From positions 263,388 through 327,387 of the forward strand of contig JBJMLR010000010.1 in the NCBI GenBank assembly GCA_045805205.1: a stretch of 64,000 nucleotides of DNA, in the 5' to 3' direction. Below, one piece after another: positions 39,103 through 47,986 of this stretch. The position numbers and the translations under genes were made by a program. This stretch comes from Bacteroidia bacterium (GTDB lineage Bacteria; Bacteroidota; Bacteroidia; 2-12-FULL-35-15). Numbering within the stretch: position 1 is the stretch's first letter; each line of letters starts with the position of its first letter. The notes beneath the pieces are model-generated. The model saw only the letters and a program-made list of their open reading frames with translations. It did not search any database and was not told the DNA's origin.

Positions 39103-41547
39103 ATGACATTCCGTAACCTGCTCCTCTGTCCGGTATTATTTTTATCGCTTTCCGTGTCCGGTCAGCAGCCTGCTTTTCAGAAAGGAAATATTAAGGATGC
39201 GGTATCAAGGGAAAATATTCCGGGAGTTGCCATCCGCTATGTTTCTGATCTTTCAAAAGGAACTGTAACGGATCTTGATGGAAATTTTTCGCTGCGGCTC
39301 GATTCCGTTCCTCATCGCGTGTTTTGTTCTTATATCGGCTATGTCAACGATACTTTTGATCTCGGAACAGTTAACGATTCCAGTATTTTCAAAAGCATTG
39401 CGCTGATCTCTTCCGCAAAATACCTGCAGACGATCGTTGTGTCATCCGGAAAGTTTGACCAGAAGCTGGAGGAGATGACCGTTTCGATGGAAGTGATCAA
39501 ACCGGCCCTTATCAATAACAAGAATACAACAAGCGTAGAAACAGTATTGGAACAGGTCCCCGGGCTTACGATCATCGACAATGATCCGCAGATCCGCGGC
39601 GGAAGCGGATTTACGTTCGGCGTAGGAAGCCGTGTTGCAGTTGTGGTTGACGGAATTCCGCTGCTCAGCGGCGACGCCGGCCGGCCGGAATGGAATTACA
39701 TCCCTGTTGAAAATATCGAGCAGATCGAGATCATCAAAGGCGCATCATCCGTTCTATATGGCTCCTCTGCACTCAGCGGCGTGATCAACGTGCGTTCGGC
39801 ATACCCGAGAAGCACACCGAAAACAGTGATCAATTATTCGGTCGGTGCTTACAGCCCTCCGCGATCGCCGGCCGATAACTGGTATGACCAATCGCTTCCG
39901 GGATTTACGAATCTTAACTTCATGCATTCCCGGATCGTAAAAAAGAACCTCGACGTGGTTGTTGGCGGAAATTTTAATCTCGACCAGGGATATATTGGTC
40001 CGCCGCCGCCACAGAAACCAGTACCCGCATTTGCAAAGAACGACATCGATACGATCTATCCTTTTTCAAATAACGACATGCAGAAAGTGCGGGGCCGTGT
40101 GAATGTGAACCTGCGATACCGGTCGAAGAAGATTCCGGGACTGAGCTTTGGCTTGAACAGCAATGCAATGCTGAATAAAACCAATATGGTGTTCGCCTGG
40201 TTCAATGATTCGGCAGGTTTGTACAAAGGATACCCGGGCGCAGTTTTTCTTGAGCAGCAAACGTTGTTCAATGTCGATCCTTTTATCAGGCTCGTTCGTG
40301 CAAACGGAATCACGCACAGCTTGGTAACGCGGGTTTTTCATTCCGACAATGTCATTACAAATAATCAGTCGAACAGCGGTACCATGTGTTACGGCGAATA
40401 CCAGCTCCAGCGGATCTTCAAGGACCTTGATTTTACGTTTACAGGCGGCGTGGTAGGAAATCTCTCCGAGACGAAGGCGGCGATCTACGCATCGGCTGGC
40501 TCTCCGGAGAACCGGATCGTAAATGCTTCCGGATATGTGCAGATCGATAAAAAGCTCTGGAAGATATTGAATATCTCAGGCGGTTTCCGTTACGAATATT
40601 TCAAGATGAATGACATGCAGAATGTCGTTGCACCCATATATCGCGCGGGAGCAAATCTCCAGGTGCTGAAAGCGACTTTCGTGAGGGTTTCATACGGACA
40701 GGGCTTTCGTTATCCGACCATCACGGAGCGGTATATCAAAACCAAAGCGGGAATGTTCGGTGTTTATCCGAACCCCGATCTGAAGCCGGAGATCAGTAAT
40801 AATTTTGAAGTCGGAGTGAAGCAAGCTTATAAGATCGGGCAGGTTGCCGGATTTATCGATGTTGCCGGTTTCTACCAGAAATACAAAAATACGATCGAGT
40901 TCTTGTTTGGATTATGGGACAGCACTTCGGCGTTCGATGCCGGATTTAAATTCCTGAATACAGGCGATTCGCGGATCAGGGGACTGGATGCATCGCTGGT
41001 AATGGGAACGCTGGATGAAGAAAAAAAGAAGTATGGTGTTACTGCGCTCATCGGGTACACGTATATCGAACCCATCAGCTTAACGCCGGATAGTGTGTAT
41101 GCGCGGGATTATGCTTTCGGAGGTGTCGGACGGCCACTGAGCTACAAGAACAGCAGCATGGATACGACCGACAATATTCTCAAGTATCGTTTTCAGCACA
41201 TGGTGAAAGTCGATATTGAATTTAAGATGAAGAAGTATTTTGTGGGATTCAGCTACCGTTATTATAGCCGTATGCACAATATCGATAAGGCACTTCAGGA
41301 CATTGAAGAAGTGACAGCGAGTGACAATGCGACGTCACAGCCATTCCTCGATGATATCCAGGCGACGCGCTACTGGAGGCATCACGATGGATTTCATGTC
41401 TTCGATGCACGGTTAAGCTATCAGCTCGACAAGAAGCAGAAGCTCTCGCTGGTCTGCAATAATATTTTCAACGTTGATTATTCACTGCGCCCGCTAAAGA
41501 TCGAAGCACCGCGTACAACGGCACTGCAGTATGTGCTGACGTTCTGA
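39103..41547 (+). CDS. TonB-dependent receptor
   Basis: N-terminal CarboxypepD_reg-like domain; plug LEQVPG..IEQIEIIKGASSVLYGSSALSGVIN; NPDLKPE; terminal F. Confidence 0.92.
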   Translation: MTFRNLLLCPVLFLSLSVSGQQPAFQKGNIKDAVSRENIPGVAIRYVSDLSKGTVTDLDGNFSLRLDSVPHRVFCSYIGYVNDTFDLGTVNDSSIFKSIALISSAKYLQTIVVSSGKFDQKLEEMTVSMEVIKPALINNKNTTSVETVLEQVPGLTIIDNDPQIRGGSGFTFGVGSRVAVVVDGIPLLSGDAGRPEWNYIPVENIEQIEIIKGASSVLYGSSALSGVINVRSAYPRSTPKTVINYSVGAYSPPRSPADNWYDQSLPGFTNLNFMHSRIVKKNLDVVVGGNFNLDQGYIGPPPPQKPVPAFAKNDIDTIYPFSNNDMQKVRGRVNVNLRYRSKKIPGLSFGLNSNAMLNKTNMVFAWFNDSAGLYKGYPGAVFLEQQTLFNVDPFIRLVRANGITHSLVTRVFHSDNVITNNQSNSGTMCYGEYQLQRIFKDLDFTFTGGVVGNLSETKAAIYASAGSPENRIVNASGYVQIDKKLWKILNISGGFRYEYFKMNDMQNVVAPIYRAGANLQVLKATFVRVSYGQGFRYPTITERYIKTKAGMFGVYPNPDLKPEISNNFEVGVKQAYKIGQVAGFIDVAGFYQKYKNTIEFLFGLWDSTSAFDAGFKFLNTGDSRIRGLDASLVMGTLDEEKKKYGVTALIGYTYIEPISLTPDSVYARDYAFGGVGRPLSYKNSSMDTTDNILKYRFQHMVKVDIEFKMKKYFVGFSYRYYSRMHNIDKALQDIEEVTASDNATSQPFLDDIQATRYWRHHDGFHVFDARLSYQLDKKQKLSLVCNNIFNVDYSLRPLKIEAPRTTALQYVLTF

Positions 41548-41566
41548 TCCTGTTCCGGCTTGCCGC

Positions 41567-41848
41567 TTATTTCTCTTCGCGATCCTTCAGCTTCTGGTAT
41601 TCTTTCATGGTATCGCTTTCACGATCGTCATGATACGCGCCATAATAGCTGAATGCAAGCCCGATCCCCCAGCCAAGTGTCGGCCAGATCGGCCACGGAA
41701 AATCGGAGCCATCGTGTTCCATACGTCCATCCGTGAAATACCAGATGGCCCACAAAAAGAGATTGACGATGATGTAAGAAGCCAGTTGCTTTTTGAACCC
41801 GGCGCGCTTTTTAGCGATGCGCCACAAATGTTCGTCTCGGTTTTCCAT
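41567..41848 (-). CDS. 2TM domain-containing protein
   Basis: AKKRAGF..LASYIIVNLFLWAI..WPIWPTLGWGIGLAF. Confidence 0.85.
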   Translation of the reverse strand: MENRDEHLWRIAKKRAGFKKQLASYIIVNLFLWAIWYFTDGRMEHDGSDFPWPIWPTLGWGIGLAFSYYGAYHDDRESDTMKEYQKLKDREEK

Positions 41849-41865
41849 TTTTTTGTTATTGATGA

Positions 41866-42153
41866 TTAGTTCTTCTTTATATATGCCTGAATTGCTTCAA
41901 CATAAGTTTCGAATGCTTTGATTCCTTTTTTTGTGATCAGGCAGCTCGTTTGAGGATAATTATCCCGGAATGTTTTTCTTACGGTAATATATTCCGCTTC
42001 CGCGAGCTTTGTGATCTGAACGCTCAGATTGCCCGCAGTTGCCCCGGTCTTTTCTTTCAGGAATGTAAAATCAGCTTCTTTTACGCTGATCAGCAAGCTC
42101 ATGATCGACAGGCGCAATTGAGAATGTAATAATGGATCTAAATCTTTGAACAT
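41866..42153 (-). CDS. Winged-helix transcriptional regulator (HTH_34/ArsR-MarR-like)
   Basis: LDPLLHSQLRLSIMSLL..FTFLKE..ATAGNLSVQITKL..TKKGIKAF. Confidence 0.88.
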   Translation of the reverse strand: MFKDLDPLLHSQLRLSIMSLLISVKEADFTFLKEKTGATAGNLSVQITKLAEAEYITVRKTFRDNYPQTSCLITKKGIKAFETYVEAIQAYIKKN

Positions 42154-42261
42154 GTTGAGGTAATCTTTTTTGATTCAAAAAACAGGCACTTGAATACCTC
42201 CGGAAAAATGAAGGAGCTGCATTATTTGAAACTTATGGTTGCACTGATCATTCATCACAGG

Positions 42262-42852
42262 CTATTTTTTATTATTCATTTTTAAAAGATATCCCGGGAT
42301 GATGTAGCCGCCCAGTACCGCAGCAGCAAGTATCAGCAGCAGGTAGACGTTATGATCATAGAATTTGTGAAAGCAAAACCCGGCGATCGCGCAGATCCAG
42401 CAGAAGATCCCACCAATGATCAATGGAGTGAATTTCAGGGCGCCTCCGGAGAGGAACAATCCCATTCCATAGAGCACCATGATACAGCAGAGCACCTGGT
42501 CGATATGCATCGAATTAAAGAACATGATGATAAAAAGTGCAGCGGTAAATGCGATCCAGGTGTACTTCAGGCTTTCGGTAACATTTGTTTTTGTCCTGTC
42601 CTTTTTACCTCTCCGGGTCGTGTAAATGATCGTGATCACGCCGCCGACGGGCATCAGCAGCCAGGGTGTATTTACCCATTCATTCTGCATTTCCGCCAGG
42701 ATGAACTGGGCGATGCTTGCAATGAACACCAGCCATCCCCAGAGGAGGAAGATGAATGCATCTGCTTTTACATCGTTTTTCGCGGCAGCGATCATTTCAT
42801 GAATGATGCGGAGACTGTCCTCCTGTGTCATTGGTTTTTCCTGTGTTTCCAT
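42262..42852 (-). CDS. Hypothetical membrane protein (about 6 TM helices)
   Basis: SLRIIHEMI..FLLWGWL..GYIIPGYLL; hydrophobic helices. Confidence 0.8.
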   Translation of the reverse strand: METQEKPMTQEDSLRIIHEMIAAAKNDVKADAFIFLLWGWLVFIASIAQFILAEMQNEWVNTPWLLMPVGGVITIIYTTRRGKKDRTKTNVTESLKYTWIAFTAALFIIMFFNSMHIDQVLCCIMVLYGMGLFLSGGALKFTPLIIGGIFCWICAIAGFCFHKFYDHNVYLLLILAAAVLGGYIIPGYLLKMNNKK

Positions 42853-42908
42853 TTTATGGTTCTTTGTTTAGCAGCGGCTTGTAAGATCCGCATGAATTAT
42901 AATCTGTA

Positions 42909-43547
42909 TTATTTCTCATCACATTTCTTGAGAAAATACTCCGTAGAGCTTTTGCCCCAGCGAGGTGCAATGCTGCTCACAGGTTTAAACGCATTGTACA
43001 TTTCCAGCGCTTTTTGAAAAACAGGCTTGGCTTTGTCTTTTCCGCCACCGAACATTGGAGGCGTAAAGAAGAATGATGTTCCTTCAAGATAATAAGGACG
43101 TGGATTTGTCTTGTCCAGCTCTTTCGCCTTGTCTCTCAGCTCAGCAGCCATTGTTCCGTATTTTTGTCCGCGGCTCATCGGGTTCACGCTGATCCGTGCA
43201 GAAGCGACCTGCGCCATGAGCGTATAGATCTCCGAATTATTGGGGCTGAGGGAATCCGCGATGTGAAGATATTTATCCGCCTTGTCGCAGTAGGTATCGA
43301 TCATATCGCCTTTTGTATTGTACGACATATTCACATTGCAGTAGGCCGCATAATAATTCGGGAGCCATTCGGATTTTTCGGCGCCCGCAATGCGTTCGAA
43401 CGTATTGGCCAGGGGCTGGAACTGTTCGGTTTTGTAGGTAGTGTCAAGCGCAGCGACATTCTTTTCCATGGTTTCCATGTATTTTTTATTTTGCGCGGAT
43501 GCAGCAAAGGCCGCGGTCATCAGGAAAATTGTAAATAGCTTTTTCAT
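42909..43547 (-). CDS. Exported helical (TPR-like) protein linked to the TonB receptor
   Basis: Likely start MKKLFTIF; FERIA..WLPNYYAAY; NPRPYYL..TPPMFGGGK..PRWG. Confidence 0.8.
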   Translation of the reverse strand: MKKLFTIFLMTAAFAASAQNKKYMETMEKNVAALDTTYKTEQFQPLANTFERIAGAEKSEWLPNYYAAYCNVNMSYNTKGDMIDTYCDKADKYLHIADSLSPNNSEIYTLMAQVASARISVNPMSRGQKYGTMAAELRDKAKELDKTNPRPYYLEGTSFFFTPPMFGGGKDKAKPVFQKALEMYNAFKPVSSIAPRWGKSSTEYFLKKCDEK

Positions 43548-43638
43548 TTTATTTGTTTTAGTTAAATATGTTTTCATTGTCCAATTCTGTAAGTCAATTT
43601 CATTGATCTGCACATCCGCAGATCATTAAATCTGCACA

Positions 43639-45798
43639 TCAGTTGTTATTATCGATAACCTCCTTAGATCTGTTTTGTCCGAAGGAGAGGAACAAGCCGA
43701 CAAAATAAAAACGTTTTGCGGGCGGCGTTACTGCCATGCTCCTTTGGTAGTCGTATGAATAGCGGTATCCGAAGATCTGGTCATTGCCGATCACATTAGT
43801 GACAGAAACAGCGAGTACTGCGAAGCAATTTCCGATCTGGCGGAGATAAGCTCCGTTGATCCCCAGCGAATGATAGTCGATGGTGTGTTCCGACATAAAT
43901 GCCGGTGTTCTCGGATCATCATAAGGACGTCCTGTCGCGTAAGTATAGGTAAGCCCCGTGCTGATGTTCAGCTTGTCGAAAAATTTTTTGAAAACAAGAG
44001 ATGCCGTATGCGTTGCTGCAAATGATGGTGTTACTTTCTCCGGGTAGTACAGATATTTTCGCTTTGTTTCCAGGTAAGTATAAGAGATCCAGTAGTCGAC
44101 TCCTTTAATGGTTTTTTTATCTCTCCAGAAAATATCGAGGCCCTGCGCATAGCCATTCCCGCTGTTAGTAGAGTCAAGCGCATTGGTTAGGTTATCATAG
44201 CTCTTGTAGTATACTTCCGCACGAAGCGTGTGAAGATCATCTACACGCTGAATGTTCGCAATGTAATGTGTCGCTTTGCTGTATCCGGGGAGCTTTGAGT
44301 AAAAGAGATAATCGCGATCCGGTTTCTGGTAAAATTGTCCGTAGGCCAACGAGATCTGGCTGAACTCGCCGAGCTTGTATGCGACCGATGTTCTCGGTGA
44401 GATAACGTATTCTTTTTCCAGTGAAGAATATTCGCCCCGTCCGCCTGCGCGCCAAACCAGCTTTGGCGTCAGGTAAATATCGGCTTCCACAAATTCGGCG
44501 GAATAGTTGTCGAAGGCTTTTCTGTCTATATGATAGCCGTATCCGAATTTCGCTCCATCGATCTGAACGCCGTCATAGGTATATTGATATTCCGCACCGA
44601 TGCGAAGTATGGAAAGCTTTCCCATCGCCCTGCTGAATGCCAGCCGTCCCTGGGTCATATCGCTTTGTGAGGTGATCGTGTCGAACCAGGTCCGGATGTG
44701 ATCGGTGTTGGTGCTGTACGATGCGCCCAGATTCATCAGCCATTTTTCACCGAGCCGTTCTTTGTAGGAGAGATTTGTATATACGTCATTGTTATGGAGT
44801 TCAAAAAGATTTTTGAAACCGTTTGTACTGTCGATGCTCAGTGTTTTGATCCCGAGGTCCGACAAATTCACATATCCGTAAAATTTGATGATCCCGGTTT
44901 CGGAAGTTTTCTTCCGGAAATTTACCGAGCCTCCGGAGAACTGCGGAGCGCGGGTATATTCGGGGGTTTGCTTTACCAGCTGAAAATAAGGAAGCAGGTT
45001 AGCATAGTTTACATCGAAGCCGGCGCTCATTTTCTTTTCTTTCCAGAGTTTGTTGTAGCCTCCGCTTAATCCGACAGATGATAAAGCAAGTGTAGAGGAA
45101 GTGCGGTCAGGGAGGTCCTGTGTTTCCAGCGCGATCACGGAAGACATTCCTTGTCCGTATTGCGCGGAATAACCTCCTGTGCTGAACACAGTTCCTTTAA
45201 ACAGGAAAGGGGAGAAGCGTCCGCGGGATGCCAGGTCGGGAGCGGAGCTGAAGTAAGGTTTATTCACAACCATCCCGTCGATGATGGTTTTTGTTTCGGT
45301 TCCGTCGCCTCCGCGGACAAACAGACCTTCCGATTCGCCGACCTGCTGTGCACCGGGAAGCGTTTTCAGAGCGCCGACGATATCGCCTTGTGCTCCGGCG
45401 GTGGTGACGATGTCCAAAGGTTTTAATACGGTACTTTTCTTCTCGTCGCTTGCTTCAATGGTACCGGCGGAGATCGTTACTACTTTCAGCTCATTAAGAG
45501 ATTCTTTCAGGGTGGGGTTGTAGCTAAGATCTTTACCTGTGAGATGAACCTGTTTTTCGAGGGGATCAAAGCCGATGAAGGTACAAACGATGGTAACGGT
45601 TCCGGTGTCGGAGGCAGTAAAGGAGTAGGTTCCATCGGCGCCGGTAGATGTTCCGTCATAGCTGTCCTTGATATAGATATTCACTCCGGGGATGGGTTGC
45701 TTTTTCTGATCGCTGATCTTCCCGGAGATCTTTGTCTGGGCAAAAATACCCTGGATGCTCAGTAAAATTAAGGTAAAGAGAGTAAAAAGCTGTTTCAT
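43639..45798 (-). CDS. TonB-dependent receptor-like outer membrane protein
   Basis: Likely start MKQLF; CarboxypepD_reg-like domain; LDIVTTAGA..LKTLPG..LFVRGG..RGRFSPFLFKG plug; barrel ending YFVGLFLSF. Confidence 0.88.
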   Translation of the reverse strand: MKQLFTLFTLILLSIQGIFAQTKISGKISDQKKQPIPGVNIYIKDSYDGTSTGADGTYSFTASDTGTVTIVCTFIGFDPLEKQVHLTGKDLSYNPTLKESLNELKVVTISAGTIEASDEKKSTVLKPLDIVTTAGAQGDIVGALKTLPGAQQVGESEGLFVRGGDGTETKTIIDGMVVNKPYFSSAPDLASRGRFSPFLFKGTVFSTGGYSAQYGQGMSSVIALETQDLPDRTSSTLALSSVGLSGGYNKLWKEKKMSAGFDVNYANLLPYFQLVKQTPEYTRAPQFSGGSVNFRKKTSETGIIKFYGYVNLSDLGIKTLSIDSTNGFKNLFELHNNDVYTNLSYKERLGEKWLMNLGASYSTNTDHIRTWFDTITSQSDMTQGRLAFSRAMGKLSILRIGAEYQYTYDGVQIDGAKFGYGYHIDRKAFDNYSAEFVEADIYLTPKLVWRAGGRGEYSSLEKEYVISPRTSVAYKLGEFSQISLAYGQFYQKPDRDYLFYSKLPGYSKATHYIANIQRVDDLHTLRAEVYYKSYDNLTNALDSTNSGNGYAQGLDIFWRDKKTIKGVDYWISYTYLETKRKYLYYPEKVTPSFAATHTASLVFKKFFDKLNISTGLTYTYATGRPYDDPRTPAFMSEHTIDYHSLGINGAYLRQIGNCFAVLAVSVTNVIGNDQIFGYRYSYDYQRSMAVTPPAKRFYFVGLFLSFGQNRSKEVIDNNN

Positions 45799-45826
45799 AC
45801 GGATGCCTGATTTCATAAATATGGAG

Positions 45827-45854
45827 CAAACATAAACCAGTTTATATTATAAAC
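45827..45854 (-). promoter_or_regulatory. Promoter -7 box with adjacent palindromic operator
   Basis: TATGTTTG (minus) 45827-45834; GTTTATA-T-TATAAAC 45840-45854. Confidence 0.6.
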
Positions 45855-45932
45855 CAAATAATTTAACAAATTATTTTTTTGCGGTTTTTGCAGATGGGAG
45901 TGTTAATAGACTTCTATCTCTTGCCGTGGCGG

Positions 45933-46400
45933 TCAGTGTTTAAACTTTATGAGATATTCCTTACCGGAGAAAGTGGTTTTTAGCCAAAGTTCATCTTGTG
46001 TCAATCGTCGGATTTCCCAAATAATGTCTCCAGCTCCATAAGGTCCAATCGAGAAGTTGATCGGTGGGTTCAGACTTGCCTGGTGTATGTACAGAACTCC
46101 TTTTTGATCTCTGAATTCCCAATAGCCAAAAGTCGAATAATCATGCGCATTTGAAACATACTCAAACGTACATCTTCCATGCGAATCTTCGGTCTTATAG
46201 AATCTATATTTTCCGAAATATTGCGACGATTTGACATAGTTTGTCGAGTCATTGCCATTTATACCGAAATAGTCGACATTCCATTCCCCAACCAGCCTGT
46301 GCTTTTTTGTTCGCAGGCTCAATAAGGGTCCATCAGGATATTTTTTACAACCGCCGTACAGTAATACAATAACCAACAATCCTATAATTTTATTCGGCAT
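45933..46400 (-). CDS. Lipocalin-like lipoprotein (candidate immunity protein)
   Basis: Likely start MPNKIIG at 46400; lipobox YGGC-KKYPDGP; RLVGEW..WEIRRLTQDELWL. Confidence 0.75.
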   Translation of the reverse strand: MPNKIIGLLVIVLLYGGCKKYPDGPLLSLRTKKHRLVGEWNVDYFGINGNDSTNYVKSSQYFGKYRFYKTEDSHGRCTFEYVSNAHDYSTFGYWEFRDQKGVLYIHQASLNPPINFSIGPYGAGDIIWEIRRLTQDELWLKTTFSGKEYLIKFKH

Positions 46401-46842
46401 TTTAATTACGGTTTTGTAGTCATTAGAATTGTGATCTGTGATAGCTACTTGCAAGCGAATCGTTGCGAAGTTTGAGGGTTTTGCTATCGAGTTCCTGAAT
46501 GGTGAAAGTCAAAGACCTTACGCTGTTGTATACCTGGATACTGTTTTTGCTATCCTGAAAACGCCAATTGCCGTTGAATTTAAAAAGCTGTGAACATTCA
46601 CCATTAAACTCGCCACTTTTAAAAAATTGAATATAGTCGTTACCCGGAGAACCAGAATAGTCGACGCCAGTCAGCTCGTTTTTTGCACCATTGGTAAACC
46701 ATTTTTTTTCCGTTAATCTCGCCTTCGCAGTCCGCCAAATGGAGCTTGATGTATCATCAGGATATTTTTTACATCCTCCGTAAAGAAGTACAATAACCAA
46801 CAATCCTATAATTCTATTTAACATTTTACCACTGTTTTGTAG
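46331..46842. repeat. Pair of about 89-bp direct repeats (46331-46419 and 46755-46842) covering the lipoprotein signal sequence and about 20 bp upstream
   Basis: catcaggatattttttaca..tacaataaccaacaatcctataatt..gttttgtag in both copies. Confidence 0.85.
46423..46824 (-). CDS. Lipocalin-like lipoprotein (candidate immunity protein)
   Basis: MLNRIIGLLVIVLLYGGC-KKYPDD; TAKARLT..W; FTIQELDSKTLKLRND. Confidence 0.75.
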   Translation of the reverse strand: MLNRIIGLLVIVLLYGGCKKYPDDTSSSIWRTAKARLTEKKWFTNGAKNELTGVDYSGSPGNDYIQFFKSGEFNGECSQLFKFNGNWRFQDSKNSIQVYNSVRSLTFTIQELDSKTLKLRNDSLASSYHRSQF

Positions 46843-46918
46843 ATCAGGAAACTTGTGGGTTTAAATATTCCGGAAGGGGCGCTCGGAGAAAGGTAAATAT
46901 TTATCATTTCATTGGTTA

Positions 46919-47571
46919 TTAGTTTAATGTATATTGAATGCTATCACAGTAAATAACAAGCTGCTTTTTATCCATTTGTTTGATTGTCCAGACCTTTGAA
47001 TAGGCCGGGTTGCGCTTATAGGTTATCTTAATTTTCGAATCATCATCACCGTTAACGATCTGATCACCAAAATCCTTTGGAACATCGTCCCGAATGTAAA
47101 AACCGTTCAGATCAGATAAATCCGAATACGGGGCAGAGGATGCCCCAGGGGTATAATAATATCGCCACCATCCCTCCGCCGTGTTATCCAATCTATTAAA
47201 CGCTTCCATGGCATAATAGAGCTCCCTTAAAGTGTTGTCTGTATTCAAACCATACTGGGAAGGAGCTTATACTCAGTTGCCAGGACAGCGATATAATGTT
47301 CAAGTCTGATCGTTTGATCGGGAAAATCCAAATCTCCTTCATCATTAGGATCTCCAGCGGTGCCGTTAAAGTCGGCTCCATCTTCCGCAACCCCTCTTCC
47401 TTTTGAGGGTAGAGAACATCCTTGGCAATCACCAACAACGACAAAGTTCTTCAGCCGCTCTCTGTATCGCCAGTATTTTTCTAAGTTCTGATGTTCTTGA
47501 TCCGTTTGACTGATTAACGGAAGATAGCACAAGAGTGCAAAGACATATAGAACGAAACGTTTTGTTTTCAT
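46919..47571 (-). pseudogene. Frameshifted, truncated secreted protein fused to the C-terminal half of a lipocalin-like lipoprotein
   Basis: ORFs 47245..47571 and 46919..47248 join if one base is restored near 47260 (LATEYKLL-SQYG-LNTDNTLRELYY); the tail KVWTIKQMDKKQLVIYCDSIQYTL resembles the neighbouring lipoproteins. Confidence 0.65.
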
Positions 47572-47583
47572 GAGTGGTGTCTT

Positions 47584-47985
47584 CTATGGATGAGTTTGTA
47601 ATGATAATCTGATGGAGTCATTCTCCAGTTCAAAAACATCCCAGGTTAAAGTTTTGATTCGAAAGTCCTTTTTGTCACCATTTGGAAATGAAATTCTCAA
47701 GACGTTCTTTTTGTCAACAAGCTCCCATCCAGAGCACCCAAAAAGATAAGGTGCTTTGGAAGACACATTGTCTGGTCTTGAAAACCTGGTATAATACGCG
47801 TCTGCGGCAGTAGTCTGAATAACGTGCCCGGTTTTATAATTATAGACCCCAGCGTGATCCCATGAATGTGCTGTAATTCGAGCTTTTACAGTCAGAAGTC
47901 TTGAAGTGACAGGGTCATCTTCATACTTTTTGCATCCGATAAAAGCAAGACCAAAGAAAATTGCGATCCGTAATTTATTCACCAT
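47584..47985 (-). CDS. Lipocalin-like lipoprotein (candidate immunity protein)
   Basis: Lipobox FIGC-KKYEDDP; TVKARIT..W; FRIKTLTWDVFELEND. Confidence 0.75.
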   Translation of the reverse strand: MVNKLRIAIFFGLAFIGCKKYEDDPVTSRLLTVKARITAHSWDHAGVYNYKTGHVIQTTAADAYYTRFSRPDNVSSKAPYLFGCSGWELVDKKNVLRISFPNGDKKDFRIKTLTWDVFELENDSIRLSLQTHP

Positions 47986-47986
47986 T

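Noticed and set aside
46331-46842. Direct repeat pair as a DGR template/variable repeat
   Set aside because: Differences are not adenine-specific, the repeat covers signal peptides rather than a C-terminal variable region, and no reverse transcriptase is present.
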